Source of the DNA: Camelus ferus
Lineage: Eukaryota
Assembly: GCF_009834535.1 (NCBI RefSeq)
Contig: NC_045697.1
Location: forward strand, 1,118,001-1,182,000
Reading direction: 5' to 3'
Length of the DNA: 64,000 nucleotides
Position 1 is the first letter of the stretch. Every line of letters begins with the position of its first letter. Shown here piece after piece: positions 12,809 through 25,463 of the stretch. The notes below the pieces were generated by a model that did no database searches, was not told the DNA's origin, and saw nothing but the letters and a program-made list of their open reading frames with translations. Position numbers and translations under genes: made by a program.

Positions 12809-13829
12809 GCTTGGGCTTTACAAATCAAGCGCCACGTGCTAGCCAACCTGGACGGGGCCTATTAGAGAGTTATTTGTTCAGCAATATTGACTGAGGGCCT
12901 GGCAGGTGCTGCAGGGAAGCCCTGACTGACGTGGATGCAGCCCCTGCTCTCAGCCTGCTGGCAGGGAGATCTGACCCCAGAACCGGGGCGCTGCCCCTCA
13001 CACACCTGGGTCCCAGCCCAGCACCCTCACTCACAGGAGGCTCTGCGTGGCCTTGGGGAAGTGACCTGACTGACCTGAACAAGCCTGGTTTCTCCAACTA
13101 TGAACAAGGACCATTCGCCCTCACCGCCAGGGAGCCCCCATGGGCCCAGGCGGGAAAAGCAGGAAGTAGAGCCTGGCTCCTGCTTGGGATTTAATATGAA
13201 GTTGTTCTCTCCTGCTCGCCTCCGAAAAAGAAGAATTTAAATGGAGGAGGCAGCCGCGAGGGCAGGCTTGGGAGCCTTGCTGGGCGGCGGGGCCGGGTCA
13301 AAGCTGGGGCTCCCAGAGCCTCATCATTGTGGGAACCCAGAGAGACAAGCAGCTGAGGACCTGAGGTCCCAGGAGAGCGTGACCAGGACCAGGGAGGGCC
13401 CGCTGCCCTCTGCAGTGGGTCAACTCTGGGGTCACACTAGATGCTGCCTGTGGGGCCTTCAGACAACATGGCCTAGCAGCCATGGCCTTGGGGTGGTGGA
13501 GCTGGAGGGGCCGTGAAGACAGAGCAGATACCTTGGAAGGAACAGGACTGGCTGACCTCTCAAACCCAGTCCTCGCTTCAGCCCTGCCCCTCCTGGCCCT
13601 GTCCAGCTGGTGCCTTCAGCGGTTCTGGCCAGAAAGAGCGCTCCTGTCTTGACAGGGTGAAGAGTGTTTGCTTCCACTGCATGGCCAGGAAGAGTGGGAA
13701 AGGCTGGGCTCCCCTGTGCTCCCTGAAGTTCCTCCCAGGACCGAGCTCTGGGGGCCCGCAGTCCCCTCTCTCTGCCAAGGCCTGTCGACCCTTCCACGTC
13801 ACTTGGTTGGAAATGAAAACACTCCGATT

Positions 13830-14850
13830 TCCCTTCTAGGACTTGATTAAGGCCCTGTGCTGGCTTCATGAACACAGCACACTGGAACGATTCATCTGGA
13901 ACTCTTCCCATGACTTTCCAATCCCCCCCGCCATGGCCCGCGAATGGACAGCTGCACCGGCCCCCAGAGAGGAGGCAGCGGTGGCCACGCGCTTCGGCTG
14001 GTCTGGCCAGGGGGCTTCGTGTCCTGTCTGCCAAGTCCTTCTCCACGTCGACTCTGCTGTTAAGCCCAGTAGGTGGAATGTTTATTTTCTGATATTGCAG
14101 TTTTCAGCTTTAGAATTTCCATTTGGTTCTTTTTATTTTCTGAGATTTCCAGTTTTTTCATTTATTAAGAGCGTATTATCGTTTACGCACTTGAGTATAG
14201 CTGTAATGGTGGCTTTAAAATTCTTGTCTGCTGAATCCAACATTGGGGCCATCTCAGGATCTCCCGTGGCTGTCTTTTCTCTTGAGCATGGATCAGGTCG
14301 TCCTGTTTCATCACAGGGTAGGTAACTTGGCTTGTATCCTGGATGTTGTGAGTGACGCGTGGTGGGCAGTCTGGATTCTGTTATGTTGTTCTCAGCAGTA
14401 CTGGTATTTATAACAGGGGCAGTTAATTCGGCGAAAGTCAAACTTCACACTTTGCGCCCTCTCCGTGAGCAGCGGCTGAAATCTGCAGTCAGCCCTTTCA
14501 GCCACAGCCAGGCTGCTGGAGGCCTGCCCTGCTCGCACGCGCTGAGGGCTCAGCCAGGGCTCTGGGCAGAGCCCGTGCCCGGAAGCTGGTGCTCTTCAGC
14601 TCTCTCGTTTCTGAGATTTTCCCCTCACTCTGCAGATGCGCTGGTTGCCCCAGCCTCTGTCCTCCGGTTCTTCACGCTCGTACGGCTCTGGGTTGCTGTC
14701 AGTTTTAGCCACCCACCGAGCTGACCGAGGTTGTCTTCAGGAAGGAACCTGGACTGTTCCTTCCTCCCAGTGTCCACCCACCTCCAAGTCTGTCTGCTTC
14801 TGGCCCCTTTTCAGGAACTTTAGGTGGTTGTTAATTATATCTTCCCACAC
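13830..14850 (-). mobile_element. Old L1M ORF1/5'UTR remnant
   Basis: 'ctctgctgttaagccc...gtttttcagctttagaatttccatttggttctttt...gctttaaaattcttgtctgctgaatccaacattggggccatctcagg' is the antisense ORF1 start region of old L1M. Confidence 0.6.
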
Positions 14851-15450
14851 TGCAGAGTTGACATCTGGGGGAGGGTGGTCTGACGGAGCTGCGTGGCCAC
14901 CACCAGACGCCATACGTCTCCTTCGCAGTGTCTGTGGCTGAGAAAGAATTCCTTTCCTTTCTTCCGTAGAGCTGGTGGGACATGTGCTGGGCAGAGGGTG
15001 GCCAAGGGCCCTGTACATGAGGAAAGCCTGCTCACAAGAGGAGCAAACGACATGGCAATTCTGAAAAGAGTAGGACTGAGCCCGAGACAGGGACGGGAGT
15101 CCGGTCAGCCCTCCAGCCCTGGCTCTGCTCCCCACAGCCTTGCTGGCAGCTCTGTTGCCCCCAGGCCTCTGTGCCCCTGCCTCCGAAGCAAAACGACGTT
15201 GGATCTGGGAGGCCTTCTGCTCCGCGCCTCGTGAGGACTGGCCCCTTCTTCTGACACAACGTTTCTCACACGTCCATACAGCGGACCAGGTCCCTGCTGC
15301 CTCAGCTGTAACCACACACAGGCCTGTCTCCCCGAGAGCAGCCCTGGGAGAGGCTCCCCATCGTGCCCCAACCTCGTGAACCCTCATGAACGCACAACCT
15401 GGCATTTCACACAGAGGGCTGTGTCCTGCACGTGTGCTCGTGTGTACCAC

Positions 15451-15483
15451 CGCGCGCACGTGTGTGTGCACGTGTGTGTGCGC
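15451..15483. repeat. Alternating purine/pyrimidine (CG/CA/TG) tract
   Basis: cgcgcgcacgtgtgtgtgcacgtgtgtgtgcgc, 33 bp of uninterrupted YR alternation. Confidence 0.85.
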
Positions 15484-17823
15484 TGTGTGGGTGCACGTGC
15501 AGTACTCTTGCTGTTAGGAGGGCAGTCTGCACTTGCTTTTCTCCACGTACTCATGTTTACAGCTCAGGGCCCAGTGAGCGCCTGGCCCCAGGAGTGCCGG
15601 CTGGTCTAGCTGGCACAGACTAACTGGCTCCTTCGCGTCCCTTAAAGCTCAGCCCGGGTGTTGCTACTCGGGGCAGCCTGCCTGGCCCGGGGAGGGCCGT
15701 TCTCAGGGCTCCGCTGGCACCGGCCTCTGTGCTGGACGTGTGCTGATCGCTTGGTGCTGTCCCCTCGGGCTGGCTCCCACGCCTCAGCTGACCAGCGCTG
15801 GCCCTTGGGAGCAGGGCGCCTGGTGTCTGGGATGGAGCCGGGCTCACATGCAGTGATGCCGGCTGATCAAATGTGGATGTGATGCCAACTCAAGAAGCAC
15901 CAGCAACTTGAGAATCAAGAGTCAGACTGACTCAAAGAGCAGCAGGAGCTCAGAGCAGGACCAGGGCAGTCAGGAGGGGCTTCCTGGAGGAGGTGCCTCC
16001 AGGTGGGCTTGGTGGGGGCATGCTGGGGGGAGTCGACTGAAGAGGAGCAGTGAGCCGAGGGCCACCTTCTGGGTGGCGGCCTCTGGGTGCTGGTGCTCTG
16101 CTCCTGGCGGGCTCCAAGCACCTGAGAAGGTGAGGAAGGCAGGGGCCAGGCTCTGGGGATGCACCCTTCCCAGCGTCTTCTCACTTCATTGTGCAGCCCG
16201 GTTCCCCTCCTATCTCTCCCTATCGTCCTCACAACGACCACGTGGCCCTAGCTTCACACCCTCATGCACGTTCGCCTAAAGCAGTACACTGCTGCCCAGG
16301 AGCCAGGTGGCAGACAGTGTACAAGGGTCCCACAGCCCAGGGCACAAGACACGTTCACCCGATGTGGCCCTGCTTCACATGCGAGGCAGATGCAGCCCAG
16401 CAGGGGTGGAAACTCGGCTGCCAGGCCGGAGGCGACAGTGGGAACAGCAGAGACCTGGGGTGGGAACCCCGTCACAGCAGGGCTAAAAGCAGCCAAATTA
16501 CCCTTTTCACCAACATCGCAGCTAATGACTCACTGCTTATTTACAAAGTAGAGCTCCACTCCTCTCCAGAAAAACGAAGTGAATGCTCCAGAAGGGGCGA
16601 GGCCAACAGGAGAAGACGGACCTGGGTGCCCTGGGGGGCAGGTGGAGGGGCGGACCTGCACCCGCAGGAAGCCCTGCATGCACAGCTCACCCTGCCCTGC
16701 TGGAGGCCCTGGAAAGCCAGCCCGAGCTGGAGCCACCGTGCACCCGTCCAGCCTCGGCTGAGACCACAGCCCCGGGAGGACCCAGCTCAGCTGTGCCTGC
16801 ACTCCCGACCCACAGAGGCTGCAAGGACAGATGTGGCCCACAGGGATGGAGTGCAGTGGTCAGCGGGGGCTGAGGAGGGACCGGTGATGAAGGTCTGAAA
16901 GGAGTGAGGCCAAGCGCTGTGGCCATGGGGCAGGAGTTCCAGCAGAGGGAACAGAGCTCTTTGGCCAGAGCCAGCCTGGCCGGTCTCAGGCAGCTTCCAG
17001 ACTCTTCATAACGCAGTCACTCGCAGTCCCTGGAAGAGGCATCTTGGAAGCAGGTCGAATGACCCCGCAGCCATGCGGGAGAAGGACGAGAAGGCTCCCC
17101 CACAGCGCCTGTGTGTTTGGTCAGATGTCCTTGCACTGGAAGCCAGTTCAGTTGTGCTGCGTCTCCTTGAATGAACACAGGGTTCCCACGGCAGGAAGAC
17201 GCTTCTCTTCTTCGTGTCAGACCCCAGCCCTACTTCTCAAAGCAGAACTGACTCAGGAGAAGGAGGGCCACACAGGCCTGGCCAACAGGCCTCCGCACCT
17301 CTCCTGCTCTCCCGAGGGACTGAAGGCCCACTGATTCAGCATGGCTGAGAGGGAGGAAGAATTTTAGAAGCCCAGAGAGCCTGCGGTCAGGAAGTAGAAA
17401 GGAGAGGGCGGGAGAGTGGAGGAGAGCAGAAGGTCTGCTCTGCCGTGGGTCCTGAGGCTGGAAAAGGGGAAGGGGAAGGGGAGGGGTTAGGATGAGGGTC
17501 TCCCTGAGCCTCCCAAAGCACAGAAATAGCCCCCAGCAGGCACTTTGATGTGTGGCTGGGGCCAGAAGGCTGCGACCTTGGCCAGCTCTCACTCTGCAGG
17601 TCCTCTCTCACGTGGAAAGGCTGGTGGGAGCACTGAGCATTGACGGCTGTGAATGGTCTGTACTGTCAGTGTAAATGCCACACGGAGACTCACGAAGTGA
17701 GCTACATGGCCAAGAATGATTCCTCTATGTCACAGCCACATTTAAACATGGGTGCACAAACGGAGCCATCTCCGTCTGGCCTACAGGTGACACCAAGACT
17801 TCAGGTCCACACCCACAGCCTAC

Positions 17824-17906
17824 CTGCTCCATAGACCACCGAGTACACCACCTTCTTGGTCTGCTCCCTGTCTGCGTGGGTCACGCGCTCTGGGGAAATG
17901 TTCTTC
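17824..17906 (-). CDS. POLN: POLN coding exon (83 nt), motif B/O-helix: (W)[27 protein letters not shown](G)
   Basis: ...catctttccatgcAG|GAAGAACATT...GGAGCAG|GTaggc; RxxxKxxxYxxxYG motif B; phase 2 to 1. Confidence 0.97.
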
Positions 17907-19200
17907 CTGCATGGAAAGATGGCACATGGTCAGACACACTGGCACCCCATCTGCAGAGGGGCCTCGAGGGTCCAGACCACACACACCCCAGGAACCAGGC
18001 CTGCCGTGCAGGGAGTGGAGACCGTCAGTCTGCAGCATCTGTCTCAGCCTGCGCCCTCCAAACAGGGGCTGGTGGGGAGGCTATGACAGCTGCAAGCCAG
18101 CCAGATTCTGGGGTGTCCACACCCAAAACCAAAAAGTGGGTCCACCACAGGAGTGCCAGCCCAACGGCGGGCAGCCGGCTCCCAGGGTGGGGGCCTGCCT
18201 GTGGGTGCTGCGGTGAGGAGCTGGCTTCTCAACCCCCTGCAGGACTGGATGGGCAGCCGGTGCCTTGCCTCCCACAGACGGGACAGTGGGGGCCAGCCCT
18301 GCCCTGGGGCTCCTGGGCCCTGGGACCCCTCCTTGATGGGGCAGCCTAGCCTGGCCGCCTGCCTGTGCCCTGCGTCTCCCCTACAGAGTGTGCACATCTG
18401 GCCAGCAGAGACAGAGACAGAAAAGGAAGAAGACAAGGAGACAAAGGGGGCCTGCCCAGCTCTCTGCAGGCGGCTCGTGCTGGGCCTCCGCTTCCCAGGG
18501 TCTGCTCAGGGCTCTGGGGCGTGTTGGCCGCCCTGGGCCTGCTCCGGGCTTCTAAAGGGGCTTCTACATTTCCCGGGACGCGCGGGCTTCGAATGCCCCA
18601 AGAATTTCCCGAAGAATCTCTCCTCCAGCTCCTCCCCCGAGCCCCCCTGGGGGCCACGTGAGGCGCACACTGAGGCTGCCCACCTGGCGACGTCCTCAGC
18701 AGCGCCGCCACCTCTCGGCCTGCAGCGGGCTCTGAGCTGGTGGCACAGGGCCCTGTCAGTGCTGCAGGCAGCCCCCGACAAGTCAGGACAAATAGACAGG
18801 CTTCTCCAATAAGCTCTGCCTGCTCTCTCTGAACCAGGGACCCGTCCCACCCTGGGCCGGGGGCTGCCGCGAGGGCAGGGGCGGGCGGGACAAGTGAAAA
18901 CACCGCCAAGCTCTTCTACTGTTTCAAGTCACTCAGCACTTGCTTGGTTGCTGCAAACTGCTGACTGTTTTTCAGAGTTCTGACAGAGGCGCCCTGACAG
19001 CTTGGTTCTTTGTCGTTGCTGTCGGGGCGACAGGCCTCAGCTGCCTGCTTCACACTTCCTGACGTTCTGGAGCTTGCTCATTTTACCGCCTGATTTCTAA
19101 GTACCGATGCCTTGTTTTCTCCTTTTCCTACCGCGTTCAGCTATTTTGCCCACTTTTTAAAATCCTACCCTTGAACTTGGTATTGTTAACAGCTGTATAT

Positions 19201-20319
19201 TTTTTTAATTAAAAAATTTTTATTTTTTATTGAAGTATAGTTGATTTACAATGTCTCAGGTGAAGAGCAAAGTGATTTCAGTTATATGTATATATACATT
19301 CTTTTTCAGATTCTTTTCCATTATAGCTTATTACAAGATATTGAATATAGTTCTCTGTTACATAGTAGGTCCATGTTTATCTCTTTTATACATAGTAGTG
19401 TATATGTGTTAACCCCAAGTTCCAAATATATAACCCCCCCTTTACCCTTTGGTAACCGTAAGATTGCTTTCTATGTCTGTGAGTCTGATTCTGTTTTGTA
19501 AATAAGTTCATTTGTGCCAGTTTTTTTAGATTCCACATATAAGTGACATCATATGGTATTTGTCTTTGTCTGACTTACTTCACTTAGTATGATAATCTCC
19601 AGGTCCATCTATGTTGTTGCAAATGGTATTTCATTCCTTTTTATGGCTGAGTAATATTCTATTGTATAAATACACAACAACTTCTTTATCCAGTCATCTG
19701 TTGATGGACATTTAGGTTGATTCCATGTCTTGGCTATTGTAAACAGTGCTGCTGTGAACATTGGGGTGCATGTATCTTTTTGAGTTAAAGTTTTCTCCTG
19801 ATATATGCTCCAGAGTGGGACTGCTGGATCACATGGTAAGTCTATCTTCAGTTTTTTTAAGGAATCTCCACACTGTTTTCCACAGTGGCTGTACCAAACT
19901 GCATTCCTACCAGCAGCGCAGGAGGGCTCCCTTTTCTCCACATCCTCTCCACCATTTATTATTTGTAGACTTTTCGATGATGGCCATTCTGATTGGTGTG
20001 AGGTAATATCTCATTGTGGGTTTGATTTGCACTTTTCTAATAATTAGTGATGTTGAGCATCTTTTTGTGTGCCTGTTGGCCATCTGCATGTCTTCTTTGG
20101 AGAAATGTCTATTTAGGTGTCTTCTGTCCATTTTTTGATCGGGTTGTTTGCTTTTTTTTTGACATTGAGCTGTGTGAGCTGTTTCTGTATTTTGGAAATT
20201 AAGCCCTTGTTGGTGGCATCGTTTGTAAATGTTTTCTCCCACTCCGTAGGTTTTCTCTTCATTTTGTTTAGGGTTTCCATTGCTGTACAAAAGCTTTTAA
20301 GTTTAATTAGGTCCCATTT
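19201..20319 (-). mobile_element. 5'-truncated L1 (cetartiodactyl type), ORF2 C-terminus plus 3'UTR
   Basis: ORF 19609..19941(-) ...[33 protein letters not shown] is the L1 ORF2 C-terminus; poly(T) at the left; TSD TTAACAGCTGT at 19186-19196 and 20320-20330. Confidence 0.92.
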
Positions 20320-20749
20320 TTAACAGCTGTGTCTAGATAAGAAGCAAAACACCAAAATGCACCCAGGCTCAGAACAAATGTGTGTTGACCCCATGTCACC
20401 AGCCACCCTTGGTCCTCACCTCATTTCCTTTATTTTGGAGATCCCACAGGTGCTCCAAACCTGCTCAAGAAAGACATGCTGAAAACCTTACCTACCATTA
20501 GCTTTCCCTTTTACCTGCCCAGGGCCACCTGCAGTGACAGCAGAGGACGCCCTGACCCAAACAAACAGACCTGATGACACTGCAGGGAGGGGACAGGGAG
20601 GCACTTTGGAGCAGGGCACCCCTTAACCCAACCACACAAGTGACCTCCCCTCAGTTTGCCATCGGAGTGGGAGAGTTGTCTGAGGAGGCAGCAGGAACGT
20701 TCCTGGGACTTGCTTCTTCCCAGAGAGCCAAAGTGCGACCAAACCCAAC

Positions 20750-22186
20750 CAGCACAAGCGATCAGTAGCTATTACAGATGTATATCAAATGTTCTGATAA
20801 CAGGATCTACTTTCCTCTTAAGCACATGGGGCATATGCACAACAACCCACCACACATTAGGACACAGGAAAAATCCCAAAAAGCTGCACACGGGAGAAAT
20901 GTTAAATAGCACTCTGATCACAGTGCAAGAAAACTAGACATTAAAAATAAAAACAAAACCCCCAAAAGCCCATCTACCTCTAAATAAAACAAAAAACACT
21001 TCTATCAGACAACTTTTGGGTGAAGAGAAATACAAATAGAAATCACATGATTTCTAATGAAAACACCACATGTCAGATCCAATGGACTACATCAAAACAG
21101 TGAGGAAATTTCGTAGCCCTAAAGGCCTATGTCAGTAAAAATGAAAGAATAAAAGTATATGAATTAAATAAAAGCAAGAGAAAGAGCAAGCAAGCAAATC
21201 AAGAGAACACACAAGGAGTGAAATACGAAAGCCAGAGTGCAGATGGGGGCAGAGGCTGATGAGAGTAAACAGGGGACAGAGAAACAGATCGAATTAATAA
21301 ATAAAAATCCTGGTTCTTATAAAAACAAAATAAACAAACCATTAGCTGGTTTAATCAAAAGGGTAAGCACAGATATATAAGAAACAATGGAGGAAAGGAG
21401 CCGCAGATACGGAGGAAGTTTAAAAAAAACCTTAAACATTATTTTTGCACAATGCTGTGCAAGTAAATTTTAAAACTCAGGTGAAATGGATAATTTCTTA
21501 ATAAAATAGTTATAAAAATTGACCCCAGTAGAGGTGAAAGTTAAACAGATCAACGTCTACAGAAGAAATAGAGAAAATTATTAAACACTATCCCACAAAA
21601 AATACCAGGCCCAGGTGGTTTCAAAGGGGAATTCTATCAACCCTCTGGAGATCAGAGAGTCCCCATGCTGAGTAAATGGCTTTAGAGTAAAGAAAGTGAA
21701 GAAAAACTTCCAAATTAATTTTACTAGGAAAGGATAACAGTGTATCACAATGTGATAAAGAGGCCATCAGAAAGGAAAGTGACAGACGATTTCTACCTGC
21801 GAATATTGATTGATGGGATAACCCTAAATAGAATTTTGCAACGCTACGTTAGGAGAATAGCACCCCGTGGGCAAGCAGAGTTTATACCAGGAAAGCAAGG
21901 TTGGTTCAATGTTAGGACATCTATTAATATAAATCACCACGTGAACAGGACTAAGGAGAAAATTACACGATTCTCTACATAGTGCTTGGAAAAACCCTGT
22001 GACAAAACTCAACACCTATTATCAATAAAAACTCTTGAGAAAACAGGAACAGCTTGATACTTCCTTAAAATTATAAAGCAGTACAGCTCACTCCTAGAGC
22101 TAGCTTCCTACTAATGGGGAAACTCCAAGGCAAGGATGCCTACTACCGCTACTACCATTTAACCTTGTAACGTTGCTCTGGAAGTA
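20750..22186 (+). mobile_element. Old L1 ORF2 remnant (left part, interrupted by Tigger2)
   Basis: A-rich; ORF 21740..21982 ...AEFIPGKQGWFNVRTSININHHVNRTKEK matches the L1 RT-region VGFIPGMQGWFNIRKSIN. Confidence 0.85.
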
Positions 22187-25100
22187 CAGCTGAGCCTTGC
22201 AGAACACAGGTTTGAACTTCGTGGTCTACTTATACCTGTATTTATTTCAATGAGTATTTTGAAAAAAATTTTGGAGATTTGCAACAATTTGAAAAAACTT
22301 GGAGATGGATTGCGTAGCCTGAATATTGAAAAAAATCAAGAAAAGGTTAATTATGTAATGACTGCATAAAATATATGTAGACACTAGTTTATTTTATCAT
22401 CCACTACCATAAAATGTGTATGTCTATAATAAAATATTAACATTTATCAGAGCTTACGCACACACTGGTAGGACACACACGGCGCCATTCACAGTCAAGA
22501 GACACGTATACCAATGTAATTGTAACTGCGTAGTGAACTGTGGTGCAAACTGTGCCGTGTAATAATTCTGTAGCCATCACCTGTTGCTCCTGCGCTGCGC
22601 CCGAGTGTTTGGAGCGTCCACTTAAAATCCCTTTGAGACCCATCACCTCTGCCTTAGCCGTCTGTCTCTCCAGAAAATTTCGCATCACAGTAAAAAGTGA
22701 TCTGTCACTGTTCTCACATATTTTTCATTGTGTTTAGTGCAATACTGTGAACCTTGGATAACACGGTGGCACCCATACACAAGGAGTGACACTAGTGATG
22801 CCAGAAGTGCTCCCAAGAAGCAGGGAAAAGTCACGATGTTACAAGAAAAAGTTTAATTGCTCGATGTGCACGGCAGATTGAGGTCTGCAGCTGTGGCCAT
22901 CACCATTTCAAGGTAAACAAATTCAGTGTTAGGACCACTGCAATAAAAGAAAAGGAAGTTCATGAAGCCGTGACTGCAGCTGCACCAACCAGCAGGCATA
23001 AAACCTCACACTCTTTGTGAAATCCTTTTCACGTCGCACTGAAAGCGCAGCTTTGCCGCGGGTGCAGGACTGCGGTGAGGAAGGCTCCCCTACAAACTCT
23101 GATACGGTGTGAGGAAAAGCAAAGTCATTACGTGGCAGCTTAGAGCAAAGGAAGGTAAAGGGTCTAAAGCTGGAGAATCTGATGCCAGCAAAGGATGGTG
23201 TGATAATTTTAGAAAGAGGTTTGGCTTAAAAAATGTCAAGATAACAGGAGAAGCAGCTTCTGCCGGTCCAGAGACAGCAGATGGGTTCCCAGACGCTGTT
23301 AAGAAAATCACTGGGGAGAAAAGAGATCTGCCTGAACAGGTTTTAATGCAGCCCAATGTGCCCTATTCCGGGAAGAAATTCACAAAGGGCATTTATGATA
23401 AGGAAGAGGAGCGAGAACCAGGACTTACGGCAGGAAGGGGCAGCTAACTACTGCTCTGCACAAAGGCAGTAAGTCTACGGCCGGGACCGCCCTTGTCCAT
23501 GCAGCTGCTGACCCCCAGCCTTGAAGGGAAAGACGAACAACAGCTACTAGTCTTCTGGTTGCACGGCAAAGGGGCCTGGATCATGAGAGCCCTTTTCTGG
23601 ATTGTTCCATTGACACTTTGTCCCCGAAGCCACAAAATACCTTGCCTGTAAGGGACTGCCTTTTGAAGTTCTTTTGGTATTGGACAATGGCCCTGGCCAC
23701 GAAGACCCTGTGAGTTCAACACCAAAGGTGTCAAAGTGGCCTGTCTGCCCCTGAACACAATGTCTTTTGATTTGGCCTCAGATCAAGGGACCATCAGGAC
23801 CACCAAGGCCCCTTACCCATGGAGCGCTATGGAAAGGACAGTCAACACTCTGGAAGGGAATGCCTACAGAGACAGCATCGTGCACATCTGGAAGGACCAC
23901 AACAGTGGAGATGCATGGTTGTTACAGGAAAAGCCAGTGAAAGTCGTCAAGCCCAAAACGATAAATTCCTGTGTCCAGACGTCACGCATGACTTCGCAGG
24001 ATTCATGACAGAGCTAATACAGGAACTTGTGAAAGAGACTGTGGATCTGGCAAAAAAAAGGGGGGGGAGGGGTGAAGCGTTTCAAGATACGAATCGTGGA
24101 GAAATTCAAGAGCTAACAGCGGCACACGGGAGGAATTAACAGAAGACAACCTGATGGGGCCGAGCGCTCCCGAACCCGCCCAAGCGACAAGGAAGCAGAC
24201 ACAGACGAGGCAGCATCAGAAAATAGACGACACACAACGCAGCAGACGCGGCCGGCTATTCAAGGGCGCTTCTGACCGCGTTTACGACACGGACCCTCCT
24301 ATGATGCTGGCACTGAAACTGAAGCAGATGTATGAAGGAGGGCTGGTGCCCTATAGAAACACTTCTAAAGAAATGAAAAAGCAAAAAAGCCTCGCAGAAA
24401 CCATGATGCATTTCCGTAACGTTGCACACGGGGTGTGCCCACCTCCCCTTCCACCTCCTCCATCGCCTCCACCTTGAGACGGCAAGACCGCCCCTCCTCT
24501 GCCTCCTGCCCCCCAGCCCACTGAGCGTTACGACATCGAGGATGAAGACCTTCACGGTGGACCACCTCCACTTAATGAACAGTAAACAGTTCTCACGCTG
24601 TACAGTGAATAAATGTAAACGCTGTGTGTGTGTCTTCGAGTGAAAATCTGAGGTCTGAGGAGACAGCTCTGCGTCACCATCGCTGTCAGCCAAGCGTCTG
24701 TCGTGTAGAGCGCACACACCAGGCTTGTGTCGGAGTGGGCAGCCTATCCTTACAGAGGCGTAAGGTGAGCGATATTTAATATAAAATTAATAATGTGTTG
24801 GTTTTCTTACAGTTTTATAACTTTGCTTTCAGAGAAGCACAGTATCATCTCCCCCAGCTGGAGAGACTGCGTATCAGCCTGGCATCGCAGGGAGGCGGTT
24901 TTTTAAACGTAACGGTGTTTCCAATACTGTATTATGAATATGACTGAGTACTGTGAGCCGTAACATTTTATGAGAACTCATTCATTAGTGTGTGGGCGGG
25001 GCTACTGTGAAGCAGCCGTGTCGACGACTCTAGGTGACCATAAAGAATCCCAGAGCTGCCGTTTCTTTGTCAATGTACAAATCATTGCCCCTGTAAATAG

Positions 25101-25463
25101 ACAGGAGCTTCTTTTTCACATTCCCTTTTCGTTTTTGACGTCTAGTACAGTATCTTGTATCACGTAAGACAGTACTGATGTGCAAACTGACGGACGATCC
25201 AACCTGCAATTAAGTACAGCACGGCACTCTAAGTGTATTTCTCTCCTCCTTGTGATTTTCTCAATAACGTTTTCTTCTCTTTAGCTTACTTGACTGTAAA
25301 AATACAAGATGTGCCAGCCGACTGTTTATGTTATTAGGAAGGCTTCTGGCCAACAGTAGGCTGTTAGTAGTTAGGTCTCGGGGGAGTCAAAGGTTATACA
25401 CAAATTTCTGACTGTGCATGGGGGTCAGCACCCCTAACCCCCACGTTGTTCAAGGGTCAGTTG
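22187..25463 (+). mobile_element. Near full-length Tigger2-type (probably Tigger2f-like) pogo/TcMar DNA transposon with degenerate transposase
   Basis: Left TIR cagctgagccttgcagaacac, right TIR gttgttcaagggtcagttg; TA TSD at 22185-22186 and 25464-25465. ORF 23109..23447 ASKGWCDNFRKRFGLKNVKITGEAASA is a CENP-B-type HTH; further transposase pieces to ~24600 carry stops and frameshifts. Confidence 0.9.

Noticed and set aside
124..19000. Many 100-326 aa ORFs on both strands (e.g. 124..801, 4990..5766, 5213..6193, 7756..8424, 16191..16898, 18153..18812)
   Set aside because: Pro/Gly/Ala/Arg-rich, overlapping in several frames, many with non-ATG starts and no recognisable domain. This is expected in GC-rich intronic DNA; only the parts matching POLN exons were accepted.
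22760..24600. Domesticated Tigger transposase (TIGD-like gene)
   Set aside because: The start codon is lost, there are multiple stops and frameshifts, and the TIRs are retained: a fossil transposon.
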